A stretch of 64,000 nt of DNA, from assembly GCA_943359325.1 (NCBI GenBank), contig CALRHD010000002.1:4629-68628 (forward strand), read 5' to 3'. This DNA is from Candidatus Uhrbacteria bacterium. Lineage in GTDB: Bacteria > Patescibacteriota > Patescibacteriia > UBA9934. How positions within the stretch are numbered: position 1 is the first letter of the stretch; each line of letters begins with the position of its first letter. The position numbers and the translations under genes are program-made. A model generated the notes under the pieces. That model made no database searches. It saw only the letters and a list, made by a program, of their open reading frames with translations, and was not told the DNA's origin. This document shows positions 21,164-30,874 of this stretch, one piece after another.

Positions 21164-21946
21164 ATGTCTCAACCATTGTTCTCGTCCGTAACACTGGACG
21201 ATCCAAAGGGTATCAAGTGTTCTACCATGTTCCGTGAGGTCTATAACGGAATGGAGTTGAATGACGATCGCGCACAGCTCGTTAATGAGCGGGGAGGAGA
21301 GTTCAAGGCAGGAGTGCGCGAGCTTCTTGCACGGCTTTCCGCGGTCGGGAAGATGTTTAACATCACTCACCAGATTGAGCAGCTTATCGCGCTCAATTTC
21401 CAAACAGGGTGCAGCCCGAGCGGCATGAGTGCCGAGGATTATCGCAAGCTCTGGCCAACGTCTGTCGTGCAACCCGTGGAGTACGCGGGTCGTCTCGACC
21501 TACCACTCCTTGTCGATACGACGATCCCGCTCAATCGACTCGTAGTGCTGAACCACAATGTTGTGGAGCACATCAATCTTTTATCCTGTAGGGATATGGT
21601 CAATGCACCATGTCACGCAAGTGGTGCAATGTGTACCCGCTACATTGCGTGGGTGCAGACTCATCGCTGGCTCGGACGAAAGGTTGCCGATGTTCGTAAG
21701 GAGATGGCCGCAGACGAAGTGGGACTCGTGATTGTGGAAGGGCTGCATCTTCCGGGGCAATGCGAATCTCTGCTCCGAAAGCAGGGTGTTGACATCCCTG
21801 GCTCGCGCTGCGGCGAGGCCTACGCGCCGTGCGTCGACTGGTTCGACGATGTTCGGCCGCGCGTTTGCGCCAGCCTCGTCGAGTATGCCAATGCGTTCTA
21901 TGGTTCTGCATCCCGTGGGACTACTGTGGTGCCTGTGACCTGGTAG
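21164..21946 (+). CDS. DUF5701-like / C-type-lectin-fold protein, candidate DGR target
   Basis: Strong SD (AAGGAGG); C-terminus GSR...P...W...P......A...YGSASRG resembles CLec-fold variable proteins; last ~40 codons of the domain are A-poor. Confidence 0.65.
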   Translation: MSQPLFSSVTLDDPKGIKCSTMFREVYNGMELNDDRAQLVNERGGEFKAGVRELLARLSAVGKMFNITHQIEQLIALNFQTGCSPSGMSAEDYRKLWPTSVVQPVEYAGRLDLPLLVDTTIPLNRLVVLNHNVVEHINLLSCRDMVNAPCHASGAMCTRYIAWVQTHRWLGRKVADVRKEMAADEVGLVIVEGLHLPGQCESLLRKQGVDIPGSRCGEAYAPCVDWFDDVRPRVCASLVEYANAFYGSASRGTTVVPVTW

Positions 21947-21957
21947 CCTGAAACCTT

Positions 21958-21984
21958 GATGCCCGCAACTTTGTTGCGGGCATC
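21958..21984 (+). terminator. Perfect 12-bp stem/3-nt loop hairpin (terminator and/or DGR-type cis hairpin)
   Basis: GATGCCCGCAAC-TTT-GTTGCGGGCATC followed by TTTGTATT. Confidence 0.65.
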
Positions 21985-22041
21985 TTTGTATTCTGAAAAC
22001 TTTTGCGTATCGCCGCCATGGTGTCAAAGAAAAATGCACAA

Positions 22042-22162
22042 CTCTCTCCGCACAACATACTTTCGTTGTCATCCTCATAAAAATAGGGATCCATGTTGAT
22101 GCTGTCTGGATTCCCGCCTACGCGGGAATGACAGAAATTGGGAATATGTTGTGGGGGAAGAG
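22042..22162. repeat. Composite palindrome: family-2-like outer arms around a dRS3/RPE-like ATTCCC-N8-GGGAAT pair
   Basis: CTCTCTCCGCACAACATACT...AATATGTTGTGGGGGAAGAG enclosing a degenerate GTCATCCTC..GGGATCCA and CTGGATTCCCGCCTACGCGGGAATGAC. Confidence 0.75.
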
Positions 22163-22192
22163 GTATAGAAAAATGTGCTATAATGCCCTCGT

Positions 22193-23368
22193 ATGGTAAA
22201 AAGCGTGCCCAAAAAGGGTGGGGCAGGGAAGAAGCCGTTATCCCGAAGTTTGCGAATGTATCAACGCATTGCGGTTGCATTTGTTGTAGGAACGCTTGGG
22301 CTTTTGATTGTCGTTCTCTACCTATCCATTTCTCGCGCTACAATTCATATTGTTCCTAAAGCAAAAACCGTCGATGTTACTGTTCCTGTGCATGTTGTGC
22401 CGAATCCGACTGAAGAAGGCGATATGACGGGTGTTGTTGTTGAACAAACGTTTACGAAGGCACAGTCGTTTGCGTTGCCGAGCGAGGGTGGGACGCCTGT
22501 CGAACAAAAGGCGGGTGGTATGGTGACGCTCATTAACAAAACCAACGCACCGCAAACGCTCGTTGCGACAACGCGACTTTTGTCGGAGGAAGGTGTGCTT
22601 TTCCGTATTGATAATTACGTCACTATTCCTGCAAACGGTCAGCTCGACACTACGGTGCATGCCGACGTCACAGGACTTTCGGGCGAAGTGCCGCCTACGC
22701 AGTTCACTATTCCCGGATTGCCCACGTCGCAGCAAAAAGACATTTATGCAGTGAGTGTTGACGCGATGACGGGTGGGGTGAGTTACGTCCGTACATTGTC
22801 GGAACAAGACTTGAACGACGCGGTGACGTCGCTTACCGACAGTATGATTTTGGACAGCAAAGCGACGCTTGCTGCAGGCGTCGATCGTGCGATTTTTCCA
22901 GGCGAAGCATATGTGAGCGACGTTCTTGAGCGTAAAAGTGACACGCAACCCGGAAGCGAGGCGGGGAGTTTTACCGTATCGCTCACTGTGCATGTCGCAG
23001 CGGTGTATTACGACCCTGCGATTCTCACCACCTACGCACAACAAAAACTCGCCGCACAGTTGCCGAGCGAGTACGCTATGGTGACAATGAATACCGAAAG
23101 CATGCAGGTTTCCGTCGACTCTGCTGAAAAGTCGAAAGGTACGGCGACACTTTCGGTGTATCTTGACGGCGTTGGTGCGATTTCGGCAGGCGCAGACGCA
23201 TTTCGCAAAGAGCGTTTCCTTGGCCGTTCGGCACAAGAAGTGATGACGCTGCTCTCTGTTTCGGATGCGATTGCCAGCTCGAGTGTCACTTTCACACCGT
23301 TTTGGCTCAAACGAGTTCCTACGCTTCGTGACCACATCGTTGTTGACATAGAAGAGCCTGCTTCGTAA
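22193..23368 (+). CDS. Membrane-anchored baseplate-J/gp47-like protein (CPR type)
   Basis: Basic N-terminus, TM, KAGGMVTLIN..QTLVATTRL, FTIPGL, MTGG and PFWLKRVP motifs typical of this family. Confidence 0.65.
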   Translation: MVKSVPKKGGAGKKPLSRSLRMYQRIAVAFVVGTLGLLIVVLYLSISRATIHIVPKAKTVDVTVPVHVVPNPTEEGDMTGVVVEQTFTKAQSFALPSEGGTPVEQKAGGMVTLINKTNAPQTLVATTRLLSEEGVLFRIDNYVTIPANGQLDTTVHADVTGLSGEVPPTQFTIPGLPTSQQKDIYAVSVDAMTGGVSYVRTLSEQDLNDAVTSLTDSMILDSKATLAAGVDRAIFPGEAYVSDVLERKSDTQPGSEAGSFTVSLTVHVAAVYYDPAILTTYAQQKLAAQLPSEYAMVTMNTESMQVSVDSAEKSKGTATLSVYLDGVGAISAGADAFRKERFLGRSAQEVMTLLSVSDAIASSSVTFTPFWLKRVPTLRDHIVVDIEEPAS

Positions 23369-23406
23369 TATGAACAAAGTTGGAGTGTCGATTTTTGTAT
23401 TTTTTT

Positions 23407-25146
23407 ATGCAGCCAGAACAACTTGAACATCTTCGCCACTCTCTCGCACACCTTTTAGCCGCTGCGGTCTTGGAGCTGTACCCCGACGCACAGCGGACGA
23501 TTGGTCCTGCGATTGACGATGGGTTTTATTATGACTTCAATTTTTCGTCGCCCGTGTCGGAAGACGATTTGCCAAAAATTGAAGCGAAGATGCGTGAACT
23601 CATGCCCACGTTCACCGCGTTTCAGAGGGACGAAGTTGACGCGAATGCGGCACGAGAAGCGTTCGACGGAAACAAATACAAAATTGAACTTATCGATGAG
23701 TTTAGCAAAGATGGTCAAACGTTGACGTTGTACCGATCGGGGAACTACGTCGACCTTTGTCGCGGCGGTCATGCGGAGCGCCTCGATAACGTCGACCCCG
23801 AATGCTTTACGCTCACAAAAATTGCAGGCGCATATTGGCGTGGTGACGAACACAACGATCAGCTCACGCGTATTTATGCTGTAGCGTTTGCGACAAAGGC
23901 CGAACGTGATGCGCATTTGGCCATGCTCGAAGAAGCGAAGAAGCGCGATCATCGCAAGCTTGGCAAAGAGCTTGGATTGTTTACGCTTATCGAAGAAATT
24001 GGTGGGGGGTTACCGCTCTTTTATCCAAAAGGCGCCATTCTTCGACGTACGATCGAAAATCTCATTACAAACATGCAAGAGAGTCGGGGCTACACGCCGA
24101 TTTGGATTCCGCACATCACCAAGGGAAAACTCTATGAGATGTCTGGGCATTTGCAAAAGTATGATGCGATGTATCCGCCCATGGTGTTGAAAGGTGAGGA
24201 CAATTACTACTTGAAGCCAATGAATTGTCCGCATTTCATGATGCTGTATAAAACGTTAGCGCATTCCTACAAAGATTTACCAGTTCGTTGGGTATGCACA
24301 ACAACGAACTATCGATATGAGAAAAGCGGAGAACTTTCTGGGCTTGCTCGCGTTCGTGCATTGACGCAAGATGACTGCCACGTCTTCGTTATGCCGGAGC
24401 AGATCGAGAGCGAGATCAATATCATGCTTGACATGCTTCAGGATCTTTATAGAATCTTCGACCTCAAAGATTTTTGGGTACGCATCTCAACGCATGATCC
24501 GAAAGATAAAGAAAAATATATCGGTGATGATGACGTTTGGCAAAGCTCTGAAGCCGCACTTGAAAAACTTATCAAGGCACGGGGTTGGAAATTCGATGTT
24601 GGCGTTGGGGAGGCGGCATTCTACGGCCCCAAGCTTGATTTCATGTTCAAGGATGCACTCGGTCGCGAATGGCAATTGTCGACGATTCAGCTCGACATGA
24701 ATCTTCCGGAGAGGTTTGACCTTGAGTACATGGATAGCGATAACAAAAAGAAACGTCCTGTTGTTATTCATCGTGCACTCCTTGGATCCGTTGAGCGATT
24801 TCTCGGTATCATGATTGAGCATTACGCAGGTGCATTCCCTATGTGGCTTGCGCCAGAACAAATTCGCGTTGCAACGGTTGCAGAAGAATTTTTGCCGTTT
24901 GCAACTGCACTCGTTGCACAGCTTTCCGACGCAGGACTCCGCGTTGCGCTTGATGACTCGAGCGAAAAAGTTGGCAAAAAAATCCGTAACGCCGCAATGG
25001 CAAAAGTACCGTGGACGATTGTGGTCGGTGCAAAGGAAGTTGAAGGCGGCGACTACAAAGTAAATGTGTTCGGCCAAACCGAAGATATTCTTATCGCCCA
25101 ATCCGATCTCGTACAGAAAGCGATCGAAAGCGCGAAGCTGCCGTAG
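23407..25146 (+). CDS. thrS: Threonine-tRNA ligase
   Basis: RHSLAHL, DLCRGGH, RDHRKLG, KPMNCP, AAFYGPK, HRALLGSVERF. Confidence 0.98.
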   Translation: MQPEQLEHLRHSLAHLLAAAVLELYPDAQRTIGPAIDDGFYYDFNFSSPVSEDDLPKIEAKMRELMPTFTAFQRDEVDANAAREAFDGNKYKIELIDEFSKDGQTLTLYRSGNYVDLCRGGHAERLDNVDPECFTLTKIAGAYWRGDEHNDQLTRIYAVAFATKAERDAHLAMLEEAKKRDHRKLGKELGLFTLIEEIGGGLPLFYPKGAILRRTIENLITNMQESRGYTPIWIPHITKGKLYEMSGHLQKYDAMYPPMVLKGEDNYYLKPMNCPHFMMLYKTLAHSYKDLPVRWVCTTTNYRYEKSGELSGLARVRALTQDDCHVFVMPEQIESEINIMLDMLQDLYRIFDLKDFWVRISTHDPKDKEKYIGDDDVWQSSEAALEKLIKARGWKFDVGVGEAAFYGPKLDFMFKDALGREWQLSTIQLDMNLPERFDLEYMDSDNKKKRPVVIHRALLGSVERFLGIMIEHYAGAFPMWLAPEQIRVATVAEEFLPFATALVAQLSDAGLRVALDDSSEKVGKKIRNAAMAKVPWTIVVGAKEVEGGDYKVNVFGQTEDILIAQSDLVQKAIESAKLP

Positions 25147-25147
25147 C

Positions 25148-27010
25148 TTACGCCTGTAGTTTTCCGCGTTTTAATTTCGTTTTTCTTTCAGTTTCGAGTC
25201 GTTTAAGTGATGCTTCTGCTGCCTGTTTCATCTTTCTTGTGTACCACCAACGTTCTACAATTCCCGCATTTTTCACGTCCTCTAAACTAAACTTCAATAA
25301 TTTTGGGAATTCTATTTTAAGTTCGTTGTATTGACGAACGAACTCTTTTGCTCCGCCGAAATTGTCGGCCAATCGGCGGAATGAATTCGTTTCCGTAAGC
25401 GCGTTTTTGCGCTCTAAATTTTTGTTGCTTTCGTACGCAGCAGCCCCAATGGGAGTTTTTTCGCCTTCATCAAACCATGTTGACTCAAGATCGACTTTAC
25501 GGTCGGGTGAATATTCCAGGTCGTCTCGACGTCGTTGTGGCTCTATTATTTCTGGTGCGCGATATTGGAGGTCGTCTACAATCTGTTCTTTTTTTAATCG
25601 TTTTGCACCTGCCTTCGAAAGCGCGGGCATTACGATTTTTGGAATTGGCAATACCGCTTTTACTTTTTCCAAAACTGGCTTCTTCCACTTCGGTGTTTCA
25701 GCTGCCGGCCGATCGTCTGCGGACAAAATCTTATTACCGACGCGATATGAGCCGTCGTCAGGGCGAATGACTTTTGCGCGGGACGCTTTCTTCGGGGCGG
25801 GTTCGTCAGCTTCGACTTCCACCGTGACGGGCGTTGGCGTAATAGTCTGTTCCGTAATTTCTTCGCTTTCTGGGAGTTTGAGCTCATCAAGAAGCCGCGC
25901 GACGCCATCTTTTTCATGTTGCGCAAGATCGGGACTCTTCGAAAGCTCGTGCAAATGATCACGCGCTTCGTCAGCGTCGATACGCCCTGTTTCCAGTGCA
26001 CGATGGAGTGAAGATTCGACTTTCGACGGCCGATCTTTTCCTGCGGCAGATTCTGCGAGTTTTGTGAACATTGCTCTTACTGTTTCTCCACCTTCAGAAA
26101 TAAGTAGACTTCGCGATGCCAGAAGTATTTGCTCACGTTCCTGCAATTCAAGAATTCCAAATGGTGCGGCAACGGTATCTTTGTCGACTTTGAGCTTTTC
26201 GATGACATCGTCGCATCGAGCGATGTGTACGTCGAGGTCCTCGAGCGTCATTTGACCGATGTCGAACCCCTTCGTTATCTCGAGCGCAACGAACGGCGAG
26301 AGTTCGCCACGTGCAACGCTGACCACTTCGTTTCCTTCTGTGAGCGCCATGGTTTCCGCCGCTACCATGCGATTGGCAATGTCTTCGTCCTCTTCGATCG
26401 CGTCGACATGAATTTCTCGGAGAAGTCTTTCGTCGTTCGCCTTTATGGCTCGATTGTACATGTCATCGATGCCTTCTGCATCCTGTTTGCGAATTTCGGC
26501 AACGGCATCGAAAAGCAATCGTGCCATGTCGGGCATGTCGTCTACCGAAGCGCTGATCGACGCAATGCGTATTATGTCTTTTTTGTAGCGATCGAGAAAT
26601 GCTTTCTCTGCTTTCGATTCTTCTTTGTCTCCCATGCCTTCGGTTGCTGCAAGCGCGTTATCCCAATGCTCGGCAATGCTTTCGCCGATGTCATTCGTTG
26701 CTGCGCGTTCCTCTATTGCCGCTTCGGAGCGCGTCAACCATGTAACGCTATCGCCGCGCCGCAAATAGAGCGTATCGCCCGTAGCATTGTCGACGACCCA
26801 TTCTTCGTACTGCCCGTCACGGCCGATGCGCTCAACGACACTTCCCTCCTTGTACGTTTCTGCACGACTGGTAACCCAATTTCCCTTTGGCGCGGCCTCG
26901 CGCATTGCTTCTGCCTCGGCGGCGACGTCGATACGCTCGTTGTGCAGCGTTGGTAGCTCGGCCTCTGGTATGTCGTGCTGCAACACTCTTTCTGTGCTTC
27001 GTTTTGCCAT
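25148..27010 (-). CDS. Large acidic helical hypothetical protein
   Basis: 620-aa ORF, E/D/K/R-rich, no recognisable motif. Confidence 0.7.
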   Translation of the reverse strand: MAKRSTERVLQHDIPEAELPTLHNERIDVAAEAEAMREAAPKGNWVTSRAETYKEGSVVERIGRDGQYEEWVVDNATGDTLYLRRGDSVTWLTRSEAAIEERAATNDIGESIAEHWDNALAATEGMGDKEESKAEKAFLDRYKKDIIRIASISASVDDMPDMARLLFDAVAEIRKQDAEGIDDMYNRAIKANDERLLREIHVDAIEEDEDIANRMVAAETMALTEGNEVVSVARGELSPFVALEITKGFDIGQMTLEDLDVHIARCDDVIEKLKVDKDTVAAPFGILELQEREQILLASRSLLISEGGETVRAMFTKLAESAAGKDRPSKVESSLHRALETGRIDADEARDHLHELSKSPDLAQHEKDGVARLLDELKLPESEEITEQTITPTPVTVEVEADEPAPKKASRAKVIRPDDGSYRVGNKILSADDRPAAETPKWKKPVLEKVKAVLPIPKIVMPALSKAGAKRLKKEQIVDDLQYRAPEIIEPQRRRDDLEYSPDRKVDLESTWFDEGEKTPIGAAAYESNKNLERKNALTETNSFRRLADNFGGAKEFVRQYNELKIEFPKLLKFSLEDVKNAGIVERWWYTRKMKQAAEASLKRLETERKTKLKRGKLQA

Positions 27011-27099
27011 ACGTCAATATAAGGTGATATTGAGAACAGTATACTCTATGTTGACGAAACCGTCGTTTTCGGTTACGGTTTTTTGGCTCAGGAGGTTCA

Positions 27100-27711
27100 A
27101 TGTACTTCAATACGGATGCGGAGCGTATTGCAGCGCTTGCACGGAGAGCGCTCGCCCAGCGGGGAATAATTCCTTTGTTGGGTAGAGATGACGATGCGGC
27201 GGAGTCGCTACGACCAGAAGCGCAGTATGTCGTCGACATGTTGAGTTGGCGAGACCCGTGGCATAGGCCACTTCTCGCAGGTTATGCCGCGGCGCTCATG
27301 ACGTACATTTTGAGCGTCAACGAGGAAACGCCGCACGACTTTGGCAGGCTGCAAGTTGTTGCGTGGACGCGGTTTGTTGCGGACTGGCTCGACAGGCACG
27401 AATGCAGCGACGCGCGGTGGGAAGACGTGAAATTCTTACGGCGCATTGCGTGGCAAGAAGAAAACGGGCAGCCGATTGCGAAGAATCTTCTGCTTGAGGC
27501 AGATAGGCGATTACGCGAAACGCAGCGTGCATTGACACCGATATGTCGTTTAGACCGCATTGCACTGTCGAACCACCTCGTGGCGACAGGTGCGGCACGG
27601 AACGGATTTGGATGCAGCATGAGCTACCATGCATTCACCCTAGTGTGGATCGTGATGCACCCGAAGGCAAAAGCGTATTTCCAGAACGTGGCGTTCGGAA
27701 TCGCAGGATAA
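27100..27711 (+). CDS. Hypothetical protein
   Basis: 203-aa ORF preceded by an AGGAGG Shine-Dalgarno. Confidence 0.6.
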   Translation: MYFNTDAERIAALARRALAQRGIIPLLGRDDDAAESLRPEAQYVVDMLSWRDPWHRPLLAGYAAALMTYILSVNEETPHDFGRLQVVAWTRFVADWLDRHECSDARWEDVKFLRRIAWQEENGQPIAKNLLLEADRRLRETQRALTPICRLDRIALSNHLVATGAARNGFGCSMSYHAFTLVWIVMHPKAKAYFQNVAFGIAG

Positions 27712-27793
27712 ATTTTCTCTTGAGTCTCGACGGCTTGTTGCCGTCGTTGTGTTTTATGGGCTACCCCGCTACTATTTTACAAACTCACCGTTT

Positions 27794-28636
27794 ATGCAAA
27801 AGATTCGCGTCATTGCAATTGTCGGGCCAACGGCGTCGGGAAAGTCTGACGTGGCTTTTCGGGTTGCGAAAGCGGTGGGTGGAGAAGTGTTGTGCGTTGA
27901 CTCGCGGACAGTGTATCGAGGAATGGATGTCGGGACAGCCAAAGGAAGTGGGTGGGGAACCGATCTTGTGAATCCCGACGAGGCATTTACCGTTGCAGAT
28001 TTTGTGGAGTATGCGAAAGTGAAAATTGACGAGATTGTATCGTGGGGAAAGGTTCCGGTGCTTGTGGGTGGAACGGGGTTGTATTTTCGTGCGCTTCTCG
28101 ATGGGTTGACGCTCGCCGACGTTGCGCCGAACGAAGTGTTGCGTGCGGAGTGGGAGGGGAAGTCGACCGACGAACTTGTCGAGATGCTTCGCGTACAAGA
28201 TGCGAATGCGGTGAACACGATTGACACGAAAAATCGTCGTCGTGTGCTTCGTGCACTGGAAATTGTCACAGCGACAGGTGCGCCGCTTTCCGAACGTCAA
28301 CAAAAAGTCGCAACGCCCTACGACGTGTGTTGGATCGGCGTTGATGTGCCTACCGATGAGTTGTTTCGCCGTATCGACGCTCGAGTAGATGAAATGATTG
28401 CAAATGGACTCGAAGCTGAAGTGCGTGTGCTTTATGAAAAATACGGCGGGAGTCCTCGTGCTATGTCGGGCATTGGGTACCATCAATTCGTAGAATATTT
28501 TGAGGGAAAAACAACCCTCGACGCCGCAATCGCCCGCATAAAAACCGACACCCGCAGCTACGCGAAGCGCCAGCGAACGTGGTTTAAAGCCGATAAGAGG
28601 ATTCAATGGGTTACGAGCCTAAGATCTCACGAATAA
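27794..28636 (+). CDS. miaA: tRNA dimethylallyltransferase
   Basis: GPTASGKS, DSRTVYRGMDVGTAK, VGGTGLY, YAKRQRTWF. Confidence 0.96.
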   Translation: MQKIRVIAIVGPTASGKSDVAFRVAKAVGGEVLCVDSRTVYRGMDVGTAKGSGWGTDLVNPDEAFTVADFVEYAKVKIDEIVSWGKVPVLVGGTGLYFRALLDGLTLADVAPNEVLRAEWEGKSTDELVEMLRVQDANAVNTIDTKNRRRVLRALEIVTATGAPLSERQQKVATPYDVCWIGVDVPTDELFRRIDARVDEMIANGLEAEVRVLYEKYGGSPRAMSGIGYHQFVEYFEGKTTLDAAIARIKTDTRSYAKRQRTWFKADKRIQWVTSLRSHE

Positions 28637-30122
28637 TCCTTGTTGCTGACTCGGCGTCTGCGTTTCCTTTTGTTGCTTTCATCACGCTCCCGAGAAAGAA
28701 TGGAAGAAGTTTTGTTTCCCCATTTTTGTAGCGGATGACTTCAGTTGGGAGGCCGGCGAGGACGGAGTCGATAATGTTGCGGAGTGCGGTAACGTCGTCC
28801 ATACGTTTTGCGCCCATGTCTTGCATGGCATGTTCGGGATCGCTCCCGTCGTCGAGCATGCGGTTTAGGACTTCGAGCCCTTTTGTGCCTGTCAGCCGAC
28901 CGTCGGCAATGAGCATGACGAATTGCGCGAAGTTTTCGGGCGTGAGTTTTGCGATACGAATATCACTGCCACGCTCCGCGAGCAGGCCACCAAGTTTCGA
29001 GATAAGCCAGCCGCAAAATACTTTCGACATTTTGGTGCGTGCGGCAGGCATGGTTTCTGCGGTGACGTCTGGCTTTGCTTCGAGCCATGCGCCGAGTTCT
29101 GAGAGCGCGTTTTCCGCAAAGTTCGCGAGCGCAGGGTCATCGACAATGTGCGCAGCGTCGCTCCGTTTGAACCCATACTCTTCCATGAGCCGTGCGCGTT
29201 TTGCCGCAGGCAGCTCGGGCATTTTTTGTCGCATTGCTTTCGCGATCGATGCGAGTTCGAGCGGCGGGATGTCTGGTTCGGGGAAGTAGCGGTAGTCGGC
29301 AGAGTCTTCTTTTGTGCGCTGTTCGTCGGTGCGCTGTGCGGTGTCGTTCCAGCCACGTGTTGTGGTGACGGCAGGCGGCGTTCCTGCCTCCCACAGCTTT
29401 GTTTGCCGTGCAGTTTCGTACGCAATGGCACGTTCGACGTGACGGAATGAATTGATATTTTTAATTTCCGTTTTCGTGTTGAGGGGTCCGATAAATGCAC
29501 CGTCGTTGTCGACCTCACGAAGCGAAATATTCACGTCGCAGCGCAGTTGACCTTTTTCCATGTTGCCACCTGAAATACCTAGCGTGCGAACGAGTAGTCG
29601 CAATTCGTGCAGATATGCTTTTGCTTCTGCAGCGCCACGGAAATCTGGCCGTGTCACAATTTCGCACAGCGGCATACCGCCGCGATTAAAGTCGACGTAT
29701 GTTTTTCCATCGTCGCCATGCATATTCTTCGCCGCGTCTTCTTCTAAATGCATGCGTTCAATGCCAATGCGCGGTACGCCTTTTGCGCCCTCAACTTCAA
29801 TGTCGAGCCAACCGTCTGTCATGACGGGAAGGTCGAATTGTGAAATTTGATAGGCCTTCGGAAGGTCGGGGTAGAAATAATGTTTGCGGTCAAATTTTGA
29901 GTGCGGTGTAATTTTTCCATTGAGCGCCAACCCCAAAAGTACCGCCCACCGCACGGCGGTTTCGTTTGGCACAGGCAACACTCCTGGATGTCCCAAACAA
30001 ATTTGGCACACCGATGTGTTCGGCTGCGCGTTCTCACTGCTGACCGCGCATGCACAAAAGAGTTTTGTGTTTGTTGCAAGCTGGATGTGCGTTTCAAGGC
30101 CAATGACAGGAACGAGCTTCAT
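28611..30122 (-). CDS. gatB: Asp/Glu-tRNA amidotransferase subunit B
   Basis: VIGLETHIQL, YFYPDLPKAYQISQ, HLEEDA, LRCDVNIS, DYRYFPEPD; start MKLVP at 30122. Confidence 0.97.
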   Translation of the reverse strand: MKLVPVIGLETHIQLATNTKLFCACAVSSENAQPNTSVCQICLGHPGVLPVPNETAVRWAVLLGLALNGKITPHSKFDRKHYFYPDLPKAYQISQFDLPVMTDGWLDIEVEGAKGVPRIGIERMHLEEDAAKNMHGDDGKTYVDFNRGGMPLCEIVTRPDFRGAAEAKAYLHELRLLVRTLGISGGNMEKGQLRCDVNISLREVDNDGAFIGPLNTKTEIKNINSFRHVERAIAYETARQTKLWEAGTPPAVTTTRGWNDTAQRTDEQRTKEDSADYRYFPEPDIPPLELASIAKAMRQKMPELPAAKRARLMEEYGFKRSDAAHIVDDPALANFAENALSELGAWLEAKPDVTAETMPAARTKMSKVFCGWLISKLGGLLAERGSDIRIAKLTPENFAQFVMLIADGRLTGTKGLEVLNRMLDDGSDPEHAMQDMGAKRMDDVTALRNIIDSVLAGLPTEVIRYKNGETKLLPFFLGSVMKATKGNADAESATRIIREILGS

Positions 30123-30133
30123 ACAGTTCGAGA

Positions 30134-30874
30134 TTATGCCTTTTTGGCCGCAATGTACAGTGTGGTGCGGTACACAAGAATGAGCGGCATGACAACGATT
30201 TCGACGACGCGAAGGAGGAGATCCATGGGGACGGGGAGGGGTGCGGTGGGATCGAGGTGTGCGAGGTCGTAGCCGAGGAGGAGGTCGATGCACACGACAG
30301 CGAGGATATAGAGGAGAAGTATGCACACATCAAAGCCCCAGAGGCGGAGGAGCATAGCAAAAAATCGTCCACGGACAAGTTCGCGACTTTGTGCGAACGC
30401 CACAAACACGCGGCGTTTTTCGAGTGTCACAATGATCGGTGCAAACGCAAACCAAATTGCAAAAAGAATTCCGGGAACAATGAGCACGAATCCGAGAAGC
30501 GTGACGACGCCATAGAGGACGCATGACAAAAAAATTGTGAGGAGTACGTCGCGTGCGGTGCTTGGTGACTCGGGAAGCTTGCCGTCAACGAGAATGTGCT
30601 GTGTAGTCATCACGATGTGTGCGTACATCCAAATGCTGATGACAATCGTGATGATTTGCAAGCCGAGATCGAGCGTGTCAACAATGTCGCCGCTCCCAAA
30701 TGTGATGCGCAAAAGGATGCTGAGGACGAGCGGCATCAAAAGCCAGCCCGAATATCCGAGGAAGGTGAAAAAGTGTTTTTGAAAAATGCGGAGACTGGTG
30801 GCGGCGAGGTTACGAAGACTCGGCAGTCCGCCCGCTGGCGGAGGTGCGAGTGGCAACAAGACTTTGGAAGACAT
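30134..30874 (-). CDS. Integral membrane protein (GDPD-membrane-domain-like)
   Basis: Multiple TMs, LIVPGILFAIWFAFAP...LE......A...S..LV.GR motif; paralog of the upstream gene. Confidence 0.75.
   Translation of the reverse strand: MSSKVLLPLAPPPAGGLPSLRNLAATSLRIFQKHFFTFLGYSGWLLMPLVLSILLRITFGSGDIVDTLDLGLQIITIVISIWMYAHIVMTTQHILVDGKLPESPSTARDVLLTIFLSCVLYGVVTLLGFVLIVPGILFAIWFAFAPIIVTLEKRRVFVAFAQSRELVRGRFFAMLLRLWGFDVCILLLYILAVVCIDLLLGYDLAHLDPTAPLPVPMDLLLRVVEIVVMPLILVYRTTLYIAAKKA

Noticed and set aside
21164-23368. Prophage
   Set aside because: No integrase, terminase, capsid or tail genes; flanked by dnaE and thrS.
30123-30326. N-terminal extension of GatB
   Set aside because: It overlaps the upstream membrane gene; the family start MKLVPVIGLE is at 30122.
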